A stretch of 64,000 nucleotides of DNA. It comes from Octopus sinensis. Lineage: Eukaryota. The DNA lies in assembly GCF_006345805.1 (NCBI RefSeq), contig NC_043000.1, positions 49,352,001 through 49,416,000 on the forward strand. The letters are read 5' to 3'. Of the stretch, positions 41,877 through 53,985 are shown piece by piece. The notes beneath the pieces were generated by a model. The model made no database searches. It was not told where the DNA came from and was given only the letters and a program-made list of their open reading frames with translations. The first letter of the stretch is position 1. The number at the start of each line of letters is the position of its first letter. The translations under genes were made by a program, and so were the position numbers.

Positions 41877-44800
41877 GGGGTACTTTGGGGATCGGGGTAC
41901 TTTGGGGATCCAGGGTACTTTGGGGATCCGGGGTACTTAGAATGGGTAGGGGGTATGTGGAATTGCTGCAGAAAGCAGCCCAGGTCTTTGTAGTCACAGC
42001 ATATCTCCAGAGATCTCGGTCCTTCGCCATTGCCTCAGTGAGGCCCAATGCTCTGAGGTCATGCTTGACTACCTCATCCCATGTCTTCCTGGGTCTACCT
42101 CCCCCCCTGATACCTTCAACTGTTTGGGAGTGGCACTTCTTCACACATCTCTCTTCATCCATCCGCAGCACATGACCATACCATCGCAAGCGTCGCTCTT
42201 GCACACCACATCTGATGCTTCTTATATCCAGCATTTCTCTCAGGATGCTTACACTCTGTCTTGCGTGCACACTGACACTACACATCCAGCGGATCATGCT
42301 AGCTTCATTTCTTTCAAGTCTACGCATGTCTTCTGCAGTCACAGCCCATGTTTCATTACCGTGAAGCATGGCAGTTCGCACACATGCATCATACAATCTA
42401 CCTTTTGCTCTGAGGGAGAGACCTTTTGTTGCCAGTAGGGGTAGGAGCTTTCTGAACTTTGCCCAGGCTATTCGTATTCTAGTGGTGATACTCTCTGTGC
42501 ATCCACCCCCGCTACTAACTTGGTCACCCAGGTAGCGGAAACTATCAACTACTTCTAGTTTCTCTCCCTGGAGTGTGATGGAATCTGTTTTCTGAGTGTC
42601 TGTTGTGTCTATTGTCCCTGTGCATCTGCCGCACATGAAAGCTATCTTATCCGTTAATTTCCCTTTAATGTTGCTGCACCTCTTATGTGTCCATAACTTA
42701 CATTGGGTGCATCTTATGGAGTTTCTACCTGTACCTTTCCTACAGGTTGAGCAGGGCCACCCACCCGAGGGGGTGTGTGCTGAGTACCTCTTGCTGCTTA
42801 CTAATACTTTGGTCTTTGCTACATTTATTCTAAGGCCCTTTGATTCCAACCCTTGCTTCCACACCCGAAATTTCTCTTCTAGTTCCGGTAGTGATTCTGC
42901 TATGAGAGCTAGGTCATCGGCATAGAGGAGCTCCCAGGGGCATCCCGTTTTGAATTCCTCTGTTATTGCCTGAAGGACTATGATGAATAAAAGGGGACTG
43001 AGGGCTGAGCCCTGGTGCACACCTACTTCTACCCGGAATTCTTCACTATATTCGTTGCCAATCCTAACCTTGCTGACAGCCTCTCTGTATAGAGCCTGTA
43101 CAGCCCTTATTAGCCATTCTTCAATCTCCAGTTTCCGCATCGACCACCAGATAAGGGAACGGGGAACCCTGTCAAAGGCTTTCTCCAAGTCTACAAAAGC
43201 TATGTAGAGGGGTTTATCTTTAGCTAGGTACTTCTCCTGCAGTTGTCGGACCAGGAATATAGCATCAGTGGTGCTTCTACCTGGTACAAAACCGAACTGC
43301 ATTTCATCTAAACAAATTCTCTCCCTAATGAGATTGGTTATGACCTTCTCTGAGACCTTCATCACCTGGTCCAACAGTTTGATACCTCTGTAGTTATTTC
43401 TATCTAGAGCATCACCCTTACCCTTGTAGCAGTTGACTATGGTGCTGCTGCACCAGTCATTGGGTATGACTCCATTGTGAACTACCTGGTTTACAATGCG
43501 GGTGACTATGGCATAGCCCACATAGCCAGCTGTTTTAAGCATCTCAGCAGTGATTCCTGATAGGCCAGGGGCTTTGCCTGGTTTCATATCCTTAATTGCC
43601 TTATCTACAAGGGAGCTGTCTATTCGGGTAGCTGGTCCCTCTACTGGGTCAACATTTGGCAGGCTCTCCTCCTCCCATTCATTCTCCTCATTCAGCAGTC
43701 TTTCATAATGGCTTCTCCAAGCCTCTTTCTTTTCACTAGTAGTAAAAGCAAGTGCCCCATCATCCATGCGGACACATTTCTCTCCTATAACATCGCTATT
43801 TTCTCTGACACACTGTCTGGCAATCCGAAATACTTCAGCTCTTTGATCCTCGCGACGCTGGACATTGGCAAACTTCTTCTTTTCTGCTACATCTTTGGCA
43901 ATGTATACCTGCCGCCCAGCCTCCCTTTTTGCTATCTGGTACAGTTCCCTGCTGCCCCCATCCTTCCAGGCTTTCCAGGCCCGTCTCTTTTCACAGATGG
44001 CTTTTATCTACTGCACTATTCCACCACCACGTAATTCTAGGTCTGGAAGGGACTTTGCACCATCCACAGACTTGGTCTGTGGCACTCAGCAAGCTGTCCC
44101 GTAGGAATTCCCAGCTACCTTCTATGTCTGACGTCTGAAGCTCCTCCTCCCTCTCATCAAATTTCTTGATGAGTATGTCCCTAAATTTCTGACCATGCGA
44201 AGGGTTCTTTAGCCTCCAAATCCTTCTTTTCTGGATTGGTTTGTTTCTTGGAGTCCTTCTGGCCTCAAGCTTAAAGTCACTGATGATTAGTCTATGCTGA
44301 GGGATACATTCTTCACCCGGGAGGGTCTTTGTATTCAAGAGCAACCCTGCATCCCGTTGTCTGGTGAGGATGAAGTCTATTTGGCTAGCGGAGTCTCCTG
44401 ACTGATAAGTTATAAGGTGGCAGACTGGCTTCTTGAAGTTAGTGTTGCAGATTGAAAGGTTACATGCATCACAGAATTCCAGCAGTCTAGTTCCCTCATC
44501 ATTTCTGGTGCCAATACCATAGCCACCATGTACCCCAGTGAAGATACCCGATTCCCGCCCAACATGCCCATTAAAATCTCCACCTACAAAGATGAGGTCC
44601 TTGTTACTAGTCTTTGAAGTAGCCTGCAGAAGGGTATCATAAAAGTTGTCCTTCTGATCATTTGGTAGTCCCGCTTGTGGGGCATAGGCTGAGATAATCA
44701 TAGCTGTGCCACTCTGTAGGACCAACCTGAGCTTAAGCACTCTATCACAAACCCTGACAACCTCTATGACCTTATCCACCCATTCCTCCGCAAGGAGAAT

Positions 44801-45121
44801 GCCTACACCCCCTACACCTTCCGCGTTACCTTGCCAGTAGAGTTTGTACCTAAGTGCCTTGCCCGTGAGGACCCTAGCCGAAGCATCTCTCCATCTTACC
44901 TCTTGTATGCAGCATACATCAACCTGTCTTCTCTCTAGCATCTCTACAATCTCACTAGACTTGCCTGTCAATGTACCAACATTGATAGTGCCAACTCTGA
45001 AAACTGGGAAGGAGATGTGGGGGGGGACGGGGGGGATTCGGCGCCTGAGAAGAGGAGGGTTGTTGTGGTGGTGATAGTTTTCGTGGTATTTTTCTTTTGA
45101 TCTCTCTTCCAACCTGACCAC
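41830..45121 (-). pseudogene. RTE ORF (APE endonuclease, RT and PHD finger) split by one 1-nt frameshift at about 44002-44005
   Basis: APE motifs GTINVGTL, QEVRW, SAYAPQ, GDFNGH and IDFIL; RT motifs KAPG, YRGIKLL, QFGFVPGRST, DLEKAFD, GVHQGS, YADD and FRYLG. Deleting one T gives a continuous frame of 1096 aa, which reads a short way past the element end. Confidence 0.9.
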
Positions 45122-46314
45122 GCCGTGGGCAGGAGCTGGTGTTAGCAGTGGACATTCGTTATCGTCACTGAGTAACGTAATTAGGTAGAGGAAAGAAATA
45201 CAGATATTCTAGAGTTGAGTTGGGGAGGGGGGGTCCAGTTGAGAAAGGTTTCACCAGTGAAAGAGAGGGAGAGATAGTAGAGGGTGCGGGTAATATAGGG
45301 GAGCAACCAGTGGGGAAGGTTGGGGTAAGGAGGAACGATGGCAGGAAGGGTTGGTGTAGGTTCGTAAGAAATAAAAACGTAGGATATTATGAGGCGGGAG
45401 AGTACTAAAAGGGGATGGTCGGATTGAGGCAGTGTCAGGAGGAAGCGTAAGATCGGTGGGCAGTTGATGAGCTATGGCGCTAGCAGCTTGTCTTTTCACA
45501 GTCAAAGCATATGAGGAGAAGGGGTAGTGGGGGGAGGAGGAGGGAGTAGGGCGTATCCGGTGTAGATGAGTAGGGCGTATCCGGTGTAGATGGTGAGAAC
45601 AGGGTATACTGGTATTGGTGGTGGGGGTGAGAACAGTGTTCACCGGTATTGGTGGTGGCGGTGAGAACAGTGTTCACCGGTATTGGTGGTGGCGGTGAGA
45701 ACAGTGTTCACCGGTATTGGTGGTGGGGGTGAGAACAGTGTTCATCGGTATTGGTGGTGGGGGTGAGAACAGTGTTCATCGGTATTGGTGGTGGGGGTGG
45801 GGGGCGGGCGCACTGCCGATGGCGGAAAGATGGGGAAAGATGGGATTACGGCTTGAGGTAGCCTAAGGTTAAATTTCGTAGAGAGAGAGATAGGAAAGAT
45901 AAATCAAGTTATGGCGAAGGCTTGAAAGTAGCCTAAAAGGTTAAATTTTCGTAGTGAGAGAGATGGGTAAGACGAATCAAGTTATCAATGTATGAATAAA
46001 CGTAGTAACAACGAATGAATGTATGTCGCGCTATGTATGGAAAAATAAAAATAGTAAGATAAATTTTTAAGAACTTGCTGCGGGCATCGACCGGGAGTTG
46101 AAATTGAAGAAGAAAGTAAGTTGAATTGGGAATTTAAATTGTAGAATCGTAATGGTAATGGCGATTTTCAAGTTTTAGCATAAGAAGAAGAAGAGGAGGA
46201 AAGACCGCCGATGGCGGAAAGATGGGGAAATATGGGATTACGGCTTGAGGTAGCCTAAGGTTAAATTTCGTAGAGAGAGAGATAGGAAAGATAAATCAAG
46301 TTATGGCGAAGGCT

Positions 46315-46315
<1 letters not shown>
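41877..46315 (-). mobile_element. Near full-length RTE-clade LINE (about 4.4 kb)
   Basis: Contains APE and RT ORFs, a 3' tail of 17-18 nt tandem repeats (GGGGTACTTTGGGGATC on plus), and a repeat-rich 5' UTR ending at (TA)n. Confidence 0.93.
45611..45800. repeat. 34-bp minisatellite, 5 full units plus a partial, in the RTE 5' UTR
   Basis: Unit GGTATTGGTGGTGG(G/C)GGTGAGAACAGTGTTCA(C/T)C starts at 45611, 45645, 45679, 45713 and 45747. Confidence 0.93.
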
Positions 46316-46351
<36 letters not shown>

Positions 46352-46410
46352 GTAATCAAATGACTGGAACAAGTAAAAGAGTACGAGGTGGTGCGGCTAG
46401 AATATGTATA

Positions 46411-46643
46411 TATTTCTTTACTGCCCACGAGGGGCTAAACACAGAGAGGACAAACAAGGACAGACAAAGGGATTAAGTCGATTACATCGACCCCAGTGCG
46501 AAAGTGGTACTATATTTATCGACCCCGAAAGGATGAAAGGTAAAGTCGACCTCGGCGGAATTTGAACTCAGAATGTAACGACAGACGAAATACCGCTAAG
46601 CATTTCGCTCGGCGCGCTAACGTTTCTGCCAGCTTGCCGCCTT
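46411..46643 (-). mobile_element. SINE family B monomer
   Basis: Complete head to AAAGAAATA tail on the minus strand. Confidence 0.9.
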
Positions 46644-47224
46644 CGACTGGAATATGTATGTATAGCCATCGTTATACCTAATCAGAACTGTCTTGTGGCT
46701 AAAAACAGCGACAATAACAATAAATATAACTGTTAAATCTGTCGTAGCTGAATTACAAACTTCAGTGCTTTGTCGCCACCTTATCACGTAACATGTTGGA
46801 AGTTTTCAAATTTTATATATAGACAGCTAGACAGACAGATAGATTCATAAATCGAATCGATCAATTAGTATTAATCTATTTTCTACTGATTTGTCCATTA
46901 GAGTAAACTCTGTATTTTTGTCATTAGATGCACTTACAAGCTTATGACTAATCTAATCGGTTTCTGTTCCTCCTGAAGTGATTGACATGACGTTACTCGC
47001 CAACAAATGCTAAGCACTGGTTAACAGACGCGCTGTCTCCTCACCCTGTCTTTCCTACACTTATTGCAGTGGACTCGGATTGTCGGAGTTAGCTAGTCAC
47101 GTGACATCTGATTCTTTTTCAAACTTATTTCACTCTTCTCTCATCCTTTCTTCACCCTTATTTCGTCTCTGTATGGACTCCAAACTAACCCTGTTATCAG
47201 CCTTTCTGCCCCCGAAATGGCATC

Positions 47225-47515
47225 CATCTTCTATTCCTTCTCTGTCCATTTTTCCATATTTTTCCGGCAAATGTTGAAAATATACACCGTTCGTGCCATT
47301 CTCGTTGTTCTCAGAGAACCTGCGGACGCAGTATGACAACTCCTTCATCCAGGTTAAATAGCATAAAAATATAGCTGTAGGTGTTCCAAGATTTATGAGC
47401 TCAGTATTGCAAGGTAATATAGCAACTGTCTAACAAAAGGAAACCCGATCTTCTGACCCTCCCTAAGACTAATAGACAAATACAGTAGTACTTCGGTTTT
47501 CGAGCACTTCTGATC
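47225..47515 (+). repeat. 291-bp direct repeat, copy 2
   Basis: See copy 1 at 41586-41876. Confidence 0.93.
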
Positions 47516-47582
47516 ACGAATAAATCGTGCTATATATATACATAAAAGAACAAAGTGTACGTACGCCGCTATTTGTTAAATT

Positions 47583-47634
<52 letters not shown>

Positions 47635-47817
47635 AAATACAAAATAGGACATGAACGCAACCATCCCGACAACTAGGTGATACAAAAAGGGACAACAAAA
47701 CATCCAGATAGACGATACAAAAACACACGGACGGGTCATTCGAAGCCTTTTATCTTCAGTCAAGAACCGGATCATCCTCGCAATTTCGGCTGATATATAT
47801 ATATATAAATCGTACTT

Positions 47818-47875
<58 letters not shown>

Positions 47876-47928
47876 GCACGATTTATTTATTCGTGATCAG
47901 AGTTGTTCGAAAACCGAGGTACTCCCTG
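47483..47928. mobile_element. Tigger/pogo-like MITE with nested insertions
   Basis: Inverted ends CAGTAGTACTTCGGTTTTCGAGCACTTCTGATCACGAATAAATCGTGC and GCACGATTTATTTATTCGTGATCAGAGTTGTTCGAAAACCGAGGTACT. Confidence 0.6.
47560..47790 (-). mobile_element. Penelope-like terminal fragment between (TA)n tracts
   Basis: Begins ATCAGCCGAAA like the ribozyme half at 60834-60850 and has a T-rich tail like the 53056 element. Confidence 0.45.
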
Positions 47929-48789
47929 TTAACACTGTTTGAATCAATCTCTGTAGTATACTGAAAATAGACTGAGCCAAGTAGGAATCATCGATCTGGT
48001 CGCTCAATCTAAAAGAAATAGCAGCCAAATCTATTTCAATAATACATCATGTTCTTTTAAAAAGCATTGAATTTAAAATCACTTTAAAAGATCTTTAAAT
48101 AGGACTGAATTGAAAAATATATTGCAAATTTTTTTTTAAATGTGGCTAGATGTTCAGCAATGGCATGAACGGTTTTATCTTTTGGGACCAGCTGGGACAC
48201 GCATGCACACACACACACACACACATGCACACATCACACACACATGCACACATCACACATACATGCACACATCACACACACATGCACACACACAATGCAC
48301 ACGCGATACACACAATAGAATTCTTCTAGAATTGCTATTAAATTATCATTGTTGCTTTGATGCGAGATATTCGTTGATTTGTCTATGTGCCAATTAATAA
48401 ACACAGCATCATAATTATTCTTAATTATCTACTTCTTACAATTTGTGTTTTTGTTGTTCCTTAACGCCAGATCTAGATCGACTTTGATCGAGCAGAATTA
48501 TTAACAAAAACATTCCAACCGTGACCGTCTCATCTATTTTTGTCCAAACTATAGACTAAATTAGCTAATGCGTCCTATTTTTTTTTAAATATAGGAAAAG
48601 GCGGAGATTTGGCTGCTACATCTAGCAGGTAGAGCAACTCTTCCAGTGGCTTCCAGTTTGGCTTAATTTTAGTCGGGCTGGTTGTTATTGCTGTTGCTTA
48701 ACCCTAAATCAAGACTAACCCTATTCAATAAAACCTATCATCAAAAGCACTCTAACCGCGGGTACCCTATCCCTTTTTCTTGACATTAT

Positions 48790-49380
48790 GCATCTTGGAC
48801 TACATTATCTAAAGTGTCTTGTGATACAAGAACCATGCCTTTCTATTAATCTTGCAATGTACATTGAAGAATACCCGAAAGAATACTCTCCATCAGGCAT
48901 TTGCCATATTCTGAACGCCTTACTTCCCTGGGCATGGACACATTGAAACTCCGACGTCTGGCAACTGACTTGGCAGACACCCATAAAATTATCAACCATC
49001 TTACAAACAATAACTCTGAGCACCTTTTCAAACTCCACCGTCTAACACCCGTGGACATATTTACAAAGTCAGAAAACAGCACAGCTCCCATGACTTTAGG
49101 AAACATTTTTTCACGCTGAGAGTTGCTGAAGCATGGAACAAACTGCCGGCATCAGTTGTTAGTTGTTGGAGCACTGCATCCTTCAAAACTTCCATGCTTT
49201 CTGAGTTTCGCCAACACCACACCTGATTTCCTCCCCTCCATACACACACAAGCATGTATCTGACTCATACATTGTTCGCTTTCCAGACATTTGTACATTA
49301 CTGCATATACTTTATACGCACTTTCTGACAAGTTGTGGTGCACCTTAGCATTGTATACAATAATTTCATTATATTATTAT
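48790..49380 (+). mobile_element. CR1-group LINE 3' fragment
   Basis: LPYSERLTSLGMDTLKLRRLATDL, HDFRKHFFTLRVAEAWNKLP and a 3' UTR. Confidence 0.88.
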
Positions 49381-49656
49381 GAGATGTTGAGAAATGTGTT
49401 TAGCAATTGGCTAAAACTTGTAGCAGTGGTTCAATATTAAGAATCCTTGTTATATTGAATCCTGCTCATTATAAGCATGGATGCTTTATCACCCGGTTAT
49501 TACAATCAAAATTAGTGGGCCCTGATCTCTTTATTCGCTTAATGTCATTCGTTTGTTATTGCTATCAGCCGGTTGCTGTTATCGGAAAGGCTTCGTTCGG
49601 AAGTGATTGCAAAAAGCTTGCATTACATTATTTTTTCTCTTTCCCATGGGTTAGAC

Positions 49657-50005
49657 CAGTGATTCCCAACGTGGGACATACGCACCACCGGTGGGTCCTG
49701 GGAAAATTGTGATGGAGCGTAAGATCCAAAACTTTTTTTTTTTTTTTGTAGGACATAGAATTGTGAAAATCTTCTTTCTCGCGACAAACATACTATACCT
49801 ATATTCAATCTAACCAAGCCAATCCTTCCACCCAAGTATGTTGTATGAAGACTGCTACGGTATAGTGCTATTCTAATGCCCTAGTATGGATATTTCTTTA
49901 AGGAAAGTATAAATTATGAATCTTTTTACGTATGTCACTGGTGGGGCATACAATTTCTGGAAAGTTATTGTGGGCCTGAAGATGGAAATAGGCTGGGAAA
50001 CACTG
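49657..50005. mobile_element. hAT (Charlie-like) non-autonomous element, 349 bp
   Basis: TIRs CAGTGATTCCCAAC and GCTGGGAAACACTG, with an 8-bp TSD GGTTAGAC / GGTTAGGC (7 of 8 match). Confidence 0.85.
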
Positions 50006-50881
50006 GGTTAGGCAAAGAGGAATAGGGAGCCCACCTGATTTTTTTTACAAGATTTCTGAAACTGACATGATGCGGCGCAACCAAAGATCAAGTTATCTTC
50101 AGGCCGAATACCTAAATAGAATGGTTGCAACAGAAAGGACTCTTCTAAAAACACTCAAGGACCAAATAATTGTAATAAACAGGCTAATTGGTTCAGACTA
50201 TCACACAAGAACAGATAATGTCCATCCGAAGGGCTTCCGCATAATTTCTAACCACCTAATTTTATTCACAAAGCTTAGATCGTCCCAAAGCTAGATGGAA
50301 AGATACTTATTCAAGTTACTTCGAAACTGGATCGAACCCGGAACCACATGAGTGAGAAGTGAACATCTTAAGCGCACAGCTATCATATGTATAGCCACAT
50401 AGCTATTATGATCAATCCCTTTGTCACTGGTCTTCCTGTGAGCAGTTCACTATTTCATAATTGCCAGTTTTACTAGCAAACAAACAAACAAACAATTATG
50501 TCTCTACCAAAATACTTTTAGTTTTATGATTTTTCACGGTTGATAAGCAAGTCTGTAAATGTCGATTGCTTTGTTACAAAATATATAAATGTCTGTTTCA
50601 ACATAGTTTCATATCAAATCAAATGTCAAAAATATACGGAAAATTAGGTTAATTCTGGTAATCATTTCCTCAGTAACAACTTCCTAAAATTATCTTTGTT
50701 GAATGTATCAAAAAGGAAAAAAACATCCGTTGCTTTCACCGATTGGCTTCAAAGTCGAGATCCACTCCAAATTTTATTGTCTACATTATCCAAACGGAAA
50801 ACAATTCGATCAACTGATCTTACAGAGGTTATCTCCCTTATTTGTGGTGAGGTGGGTTTTTTTAAATATATTTATATATAA

Positions 50882-50964
<83 letters not shown>

Positions 50965-51221
50965 TATAAATACCTCTAGAGAAAGTATTTGTCTCCTAAT
51001 TGCTCGCATAATTTTAATTAATCGAAGTTTTTCGACTCACTGTATTACGTATAGCTTGTCGATCGACAGAATCATTAGTACATTGGACAAATGCTGTGCA
51101 GAATTTCTTGCGGTTCTTTGCGTTCTGAATTCGATTTCGACTGAGGTCAACTTGGCTTTTAATCCTTCAGTGTTCAATAAAGCAAAGTAATAAAAACAAA
51201 TAAATGTGCCCTTTTAAAGCT

Positions 51222-51455
51222 TAGCCAGGCTCATGGGCCCGGTTTTCCGGTTTCTATGGCGTATGTGTTCCCCAGCTGGACGGGACGCCAGTCCATCGCA
51301 GCGTTACTCATTTTTTTCCAGCTGAGTGGACTGGAGCAACGTGAAATGAAGTGTTTTGCTCAAGAACACAACGCATCACCCGGTCCAGGAATCGAAACCA
51401 CAATCTTACGATCATAGTGCTGATACCCTAACCACTAAGCCACGCGCCTCCACAA
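51222..51455 (-). mobile_element. SINE family C head with a V-SINE-like tail
   Basis: C head followed by GGACTGGCGTCCCGTCCAGCTGG...AGAAACCGG...GGGCCCATGAGCCTGGC. Confidence 0.82.
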
Positions 51456-52852
51456 TAAAGCAAAGTACCGGTACAAATTGCGTATGATTCCACTCTTTTC
51501 CTCTGTGCTGCTCTTTCTCCCGTCCAGTCTCTGGCTTCCTCTTCTTATTCTCTTTTCTCCGAGACAACCACTTCCACTCTATCATAGTGATGACCAAGAT
51601 TCTGGCAGAACATAACATATCATATACAACGTATATAATTATTATATATATATCGTGTATGATACTGACGATATTATGAGAGTTTACGTTATTTATACGT
51701 AGAATATTATATGAACTCCATCTTAGCTCGCCTCTTCTTTTTCTTGAGATCGTCGGTGTCATTTTTTTCTAATAATGCAAACTCATTGGTTCACTACTGA
51801 TGTTAACCCACAAGTCATCTCCGATCCAGAAGTATCCTGTAACCATCTAACTTTTTCTACCTCATGCACACTGGTAATTAGAACTAAATTCAAGATACCC
51901 TTTCAGTATCTTATTTCAGACAATATGTTGTTTATACGAGGGAGATTTGCCTAAATTTTCCCTTAGATTGAACAGCCGTATGTATATGCTCTTAAGTCGA
52001 ACAAACATTATTTAGGTTATTAAGGTTTATACAACGACTGTCTGTCAGATTTATACTGCATCGTTAGTTAGGGCGACGAACCAGCAGAATAGTTAAGCAC
52101 ACCGGACAACAATTACTTGCGGTATTTCTTCCGGCTTTTCCTCCCGAGTTCAAATTACATCGAGGTTGACTTTGCATTTCATCCTTTCAGTGTCGATAAA
52201 ATGAGTAACAGCCATGTACAAGAATCGATGAAATCGATTCGCTTCCTCCAAAAATCCCAAGCCTTGTACTTTTAAGATATTAAACAAACGGTGCAATGTT
52301 TTAATAGAAAAAGATATTACACTGGTTGTTTATTAATTTCACAACAACGAAATTGAAGTAGAGTTGTTTTGCACGACGCCCAAGACAGAAATAAACTTCG
52401 TAAGATACACATATAAGGAAAAACAGTAACAATTAAAAAGAAAAAAAAAATGGTGGGTACAAAAAGTAGTCACAGGGAGAAGATTAAGAAAAAAACTCAA
52501 TAAGTGATTTAATGTTTTCGTTCGTTTTATTGTTGTACTTGAGATATTACATAAATTGGGGTGCTTTTTCTTTTACACATCCATTGCAAATTCGTGATCT
52601 GTAAACAGTTTTGTGTAGGAACCGGATCAATGCGCATGTGCCACTGAATTCGTAAAACGGAATAGCTTAGAATCGCATTGTCAAGCAAGTTTTACGAAGG
52701 TCCGTATGCCACGTCTGATACCACTATCATGCAGTTTGCTGCAATTCTCTTGTTTCATATTCTTGTAATGTCTTAATCTCAATTGTGCTGTCATTGTGTG
52801 ATGTCATGTTTTGCCAATTAATAAGTATTTAACCATTTCAAGTATTAGTTAA

Positions 52853-53010
52853 GGTGGGCGTGTGGTAAGAAGTTTGCTTCCCAACCACATGTGGACCTAG
52901 GTCTGGTCCCACTACGTGGTACATAGAGCAAGTTAGGCTGCAACTATTGTCCCAGGTCGACCAAAGCCTTGTGAGTGAGTTTAGTTGGCGGAAACTGAAA
53001 AAAGTCCGTC

Positions 53011-53012
<2 letters not shown>
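52853..53012 (+). mobile_element. SINE family A 5' half, broken at its internal (TA)n
   Basis: The head and body run up to AAAGTCCGTCG and then (TA)n. Confidence 0.75.
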
Positions 53013-53055
<43 letters not shown>

Positions 53056-53059
<4 letters not shown>

Positions 53060-53250
53060 ATTCAAACAAGAAAGCACAAAAAAACACAACAACGCGAGGG
53101 CGTGGAACAAATATAGTATTATTGGACGCTCAGGAAAGAAGGAGGGTTTAACGTTTCGAGCGGAGCTCTTCGTCGGAAACATAGGAGAAGAAAAGATCCA
53201 GAGAAGGGAAGACAGAGGAAAAAAATCGCCAACGGTACACACGAGGTCAC
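53056..53250 (-). mobile_element. Penelope-like pseudo-LTR fragment with a hammerhead motif, flanked by (TA)n on both sides
   Basis: Carries a minimal HHR-like core followed by a T-rich tail. Confidence 0.6.
53146..53180 (-). ncRNA. Minimal type I hammerhead ribozyme, variant core
   Basis: GUUU-CCGACGA-A-GAGC(UCC)GCUC-GAAACGUU-AAAC has a 4-bp stem I, a 4-bp stem II and palindromic ACGU as stem III. U4 is replaced by C. Confidence 0.55.
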
Positions 53251-53630
53251 ATATATATATATATATAAAGTATAGGTGGCATACGAGTGGGTATATATTT
53301 ATAAAAAAGAAGTTTGAAAACACCACTTTATAAGATAAATTTTAATTTTCTTAGAGATTTTACATGTTTCGGTTCTTGAAAAATGAACCTTATCTAAGTT
53401 AAGTGTAATAAATAAGTTCATAATTGTTTCTTACTAGTTTCAACAAAGTCCACGTGGTGGTGTTTTGAGGGGCAGAGCATAATGGCTGTCTTGTGCGTTG
53501 ACTGTTATCGTGAAAATGACCATTGGCCGTAATAGCAGTAGTAGTAGTAGTGGTGATTGTTGTTGTTGGAGAATTCCTTTTTTCTTTTCGGAAAACCAAT
53601 ATATGGTTTTAATGTTCCTGGCCCAGGGTG

Positions 53631-53679
<49 letters not shown>

Positions 53680-53804
53680 ACATACATATACGTGTGTGTT
53701 TGTCGCTGCGTCTTCGTGAATCAGTGATTCAGCCAAGAGTCACAGCACGACAGCTGTCCAATGACTGAAGCAAGTAGAAGAATAAAAGATTATTTATGGT
53801 ATGG

Positions 53805-53985
53805 AAAGCGGGGAGCTGGCAGAATCGTTAGCGCGCCGGACAGAATGCTTAGCGGCATTTCGTTCATCTTTACATTCCGAGTTCAAATTTCACCGAGGTC
53901 TGAAGTAGCAACTGAGCACTGGGGGTCAATGTAATCGACTTACTCCCGAACTTGCTGGCCTTTTGCCAAAATTTCAAACCAACAT
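53805..53985 (+). mobile_element. SINE family B with a deleted central domain
   Basis: AAGCGGGAGCTGGCAGAATCGTTAGCGCGCCGG head. Confidence 0.78.

Noticed and set aside
45611-45800. CRISPR-like 34-bp repeats
   Set aside because: The units are contiguous with no unique spacers, lie in a LINE UTR of a eukaryote, and have no cas genes nearby.
47130-47348. 72-aa minus ORF overlapping the duplicated block
   Set aside because: No recognisable domain and no convincing exon boundaries.
47725-47790. CTGAAGA and CAGCCGAAA motifs on the minus strand of the PLE-like fragment
   Set aside because: The two half-motifs are in the wrong order and no stem II forms. At most it is a truncated ribozyme half.
50067-50294. 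75-aa ORF with a vague resemblance to a PLE GIY-YIG region
   Set aside because: The diagnostic GIY and YIG residues are not present.
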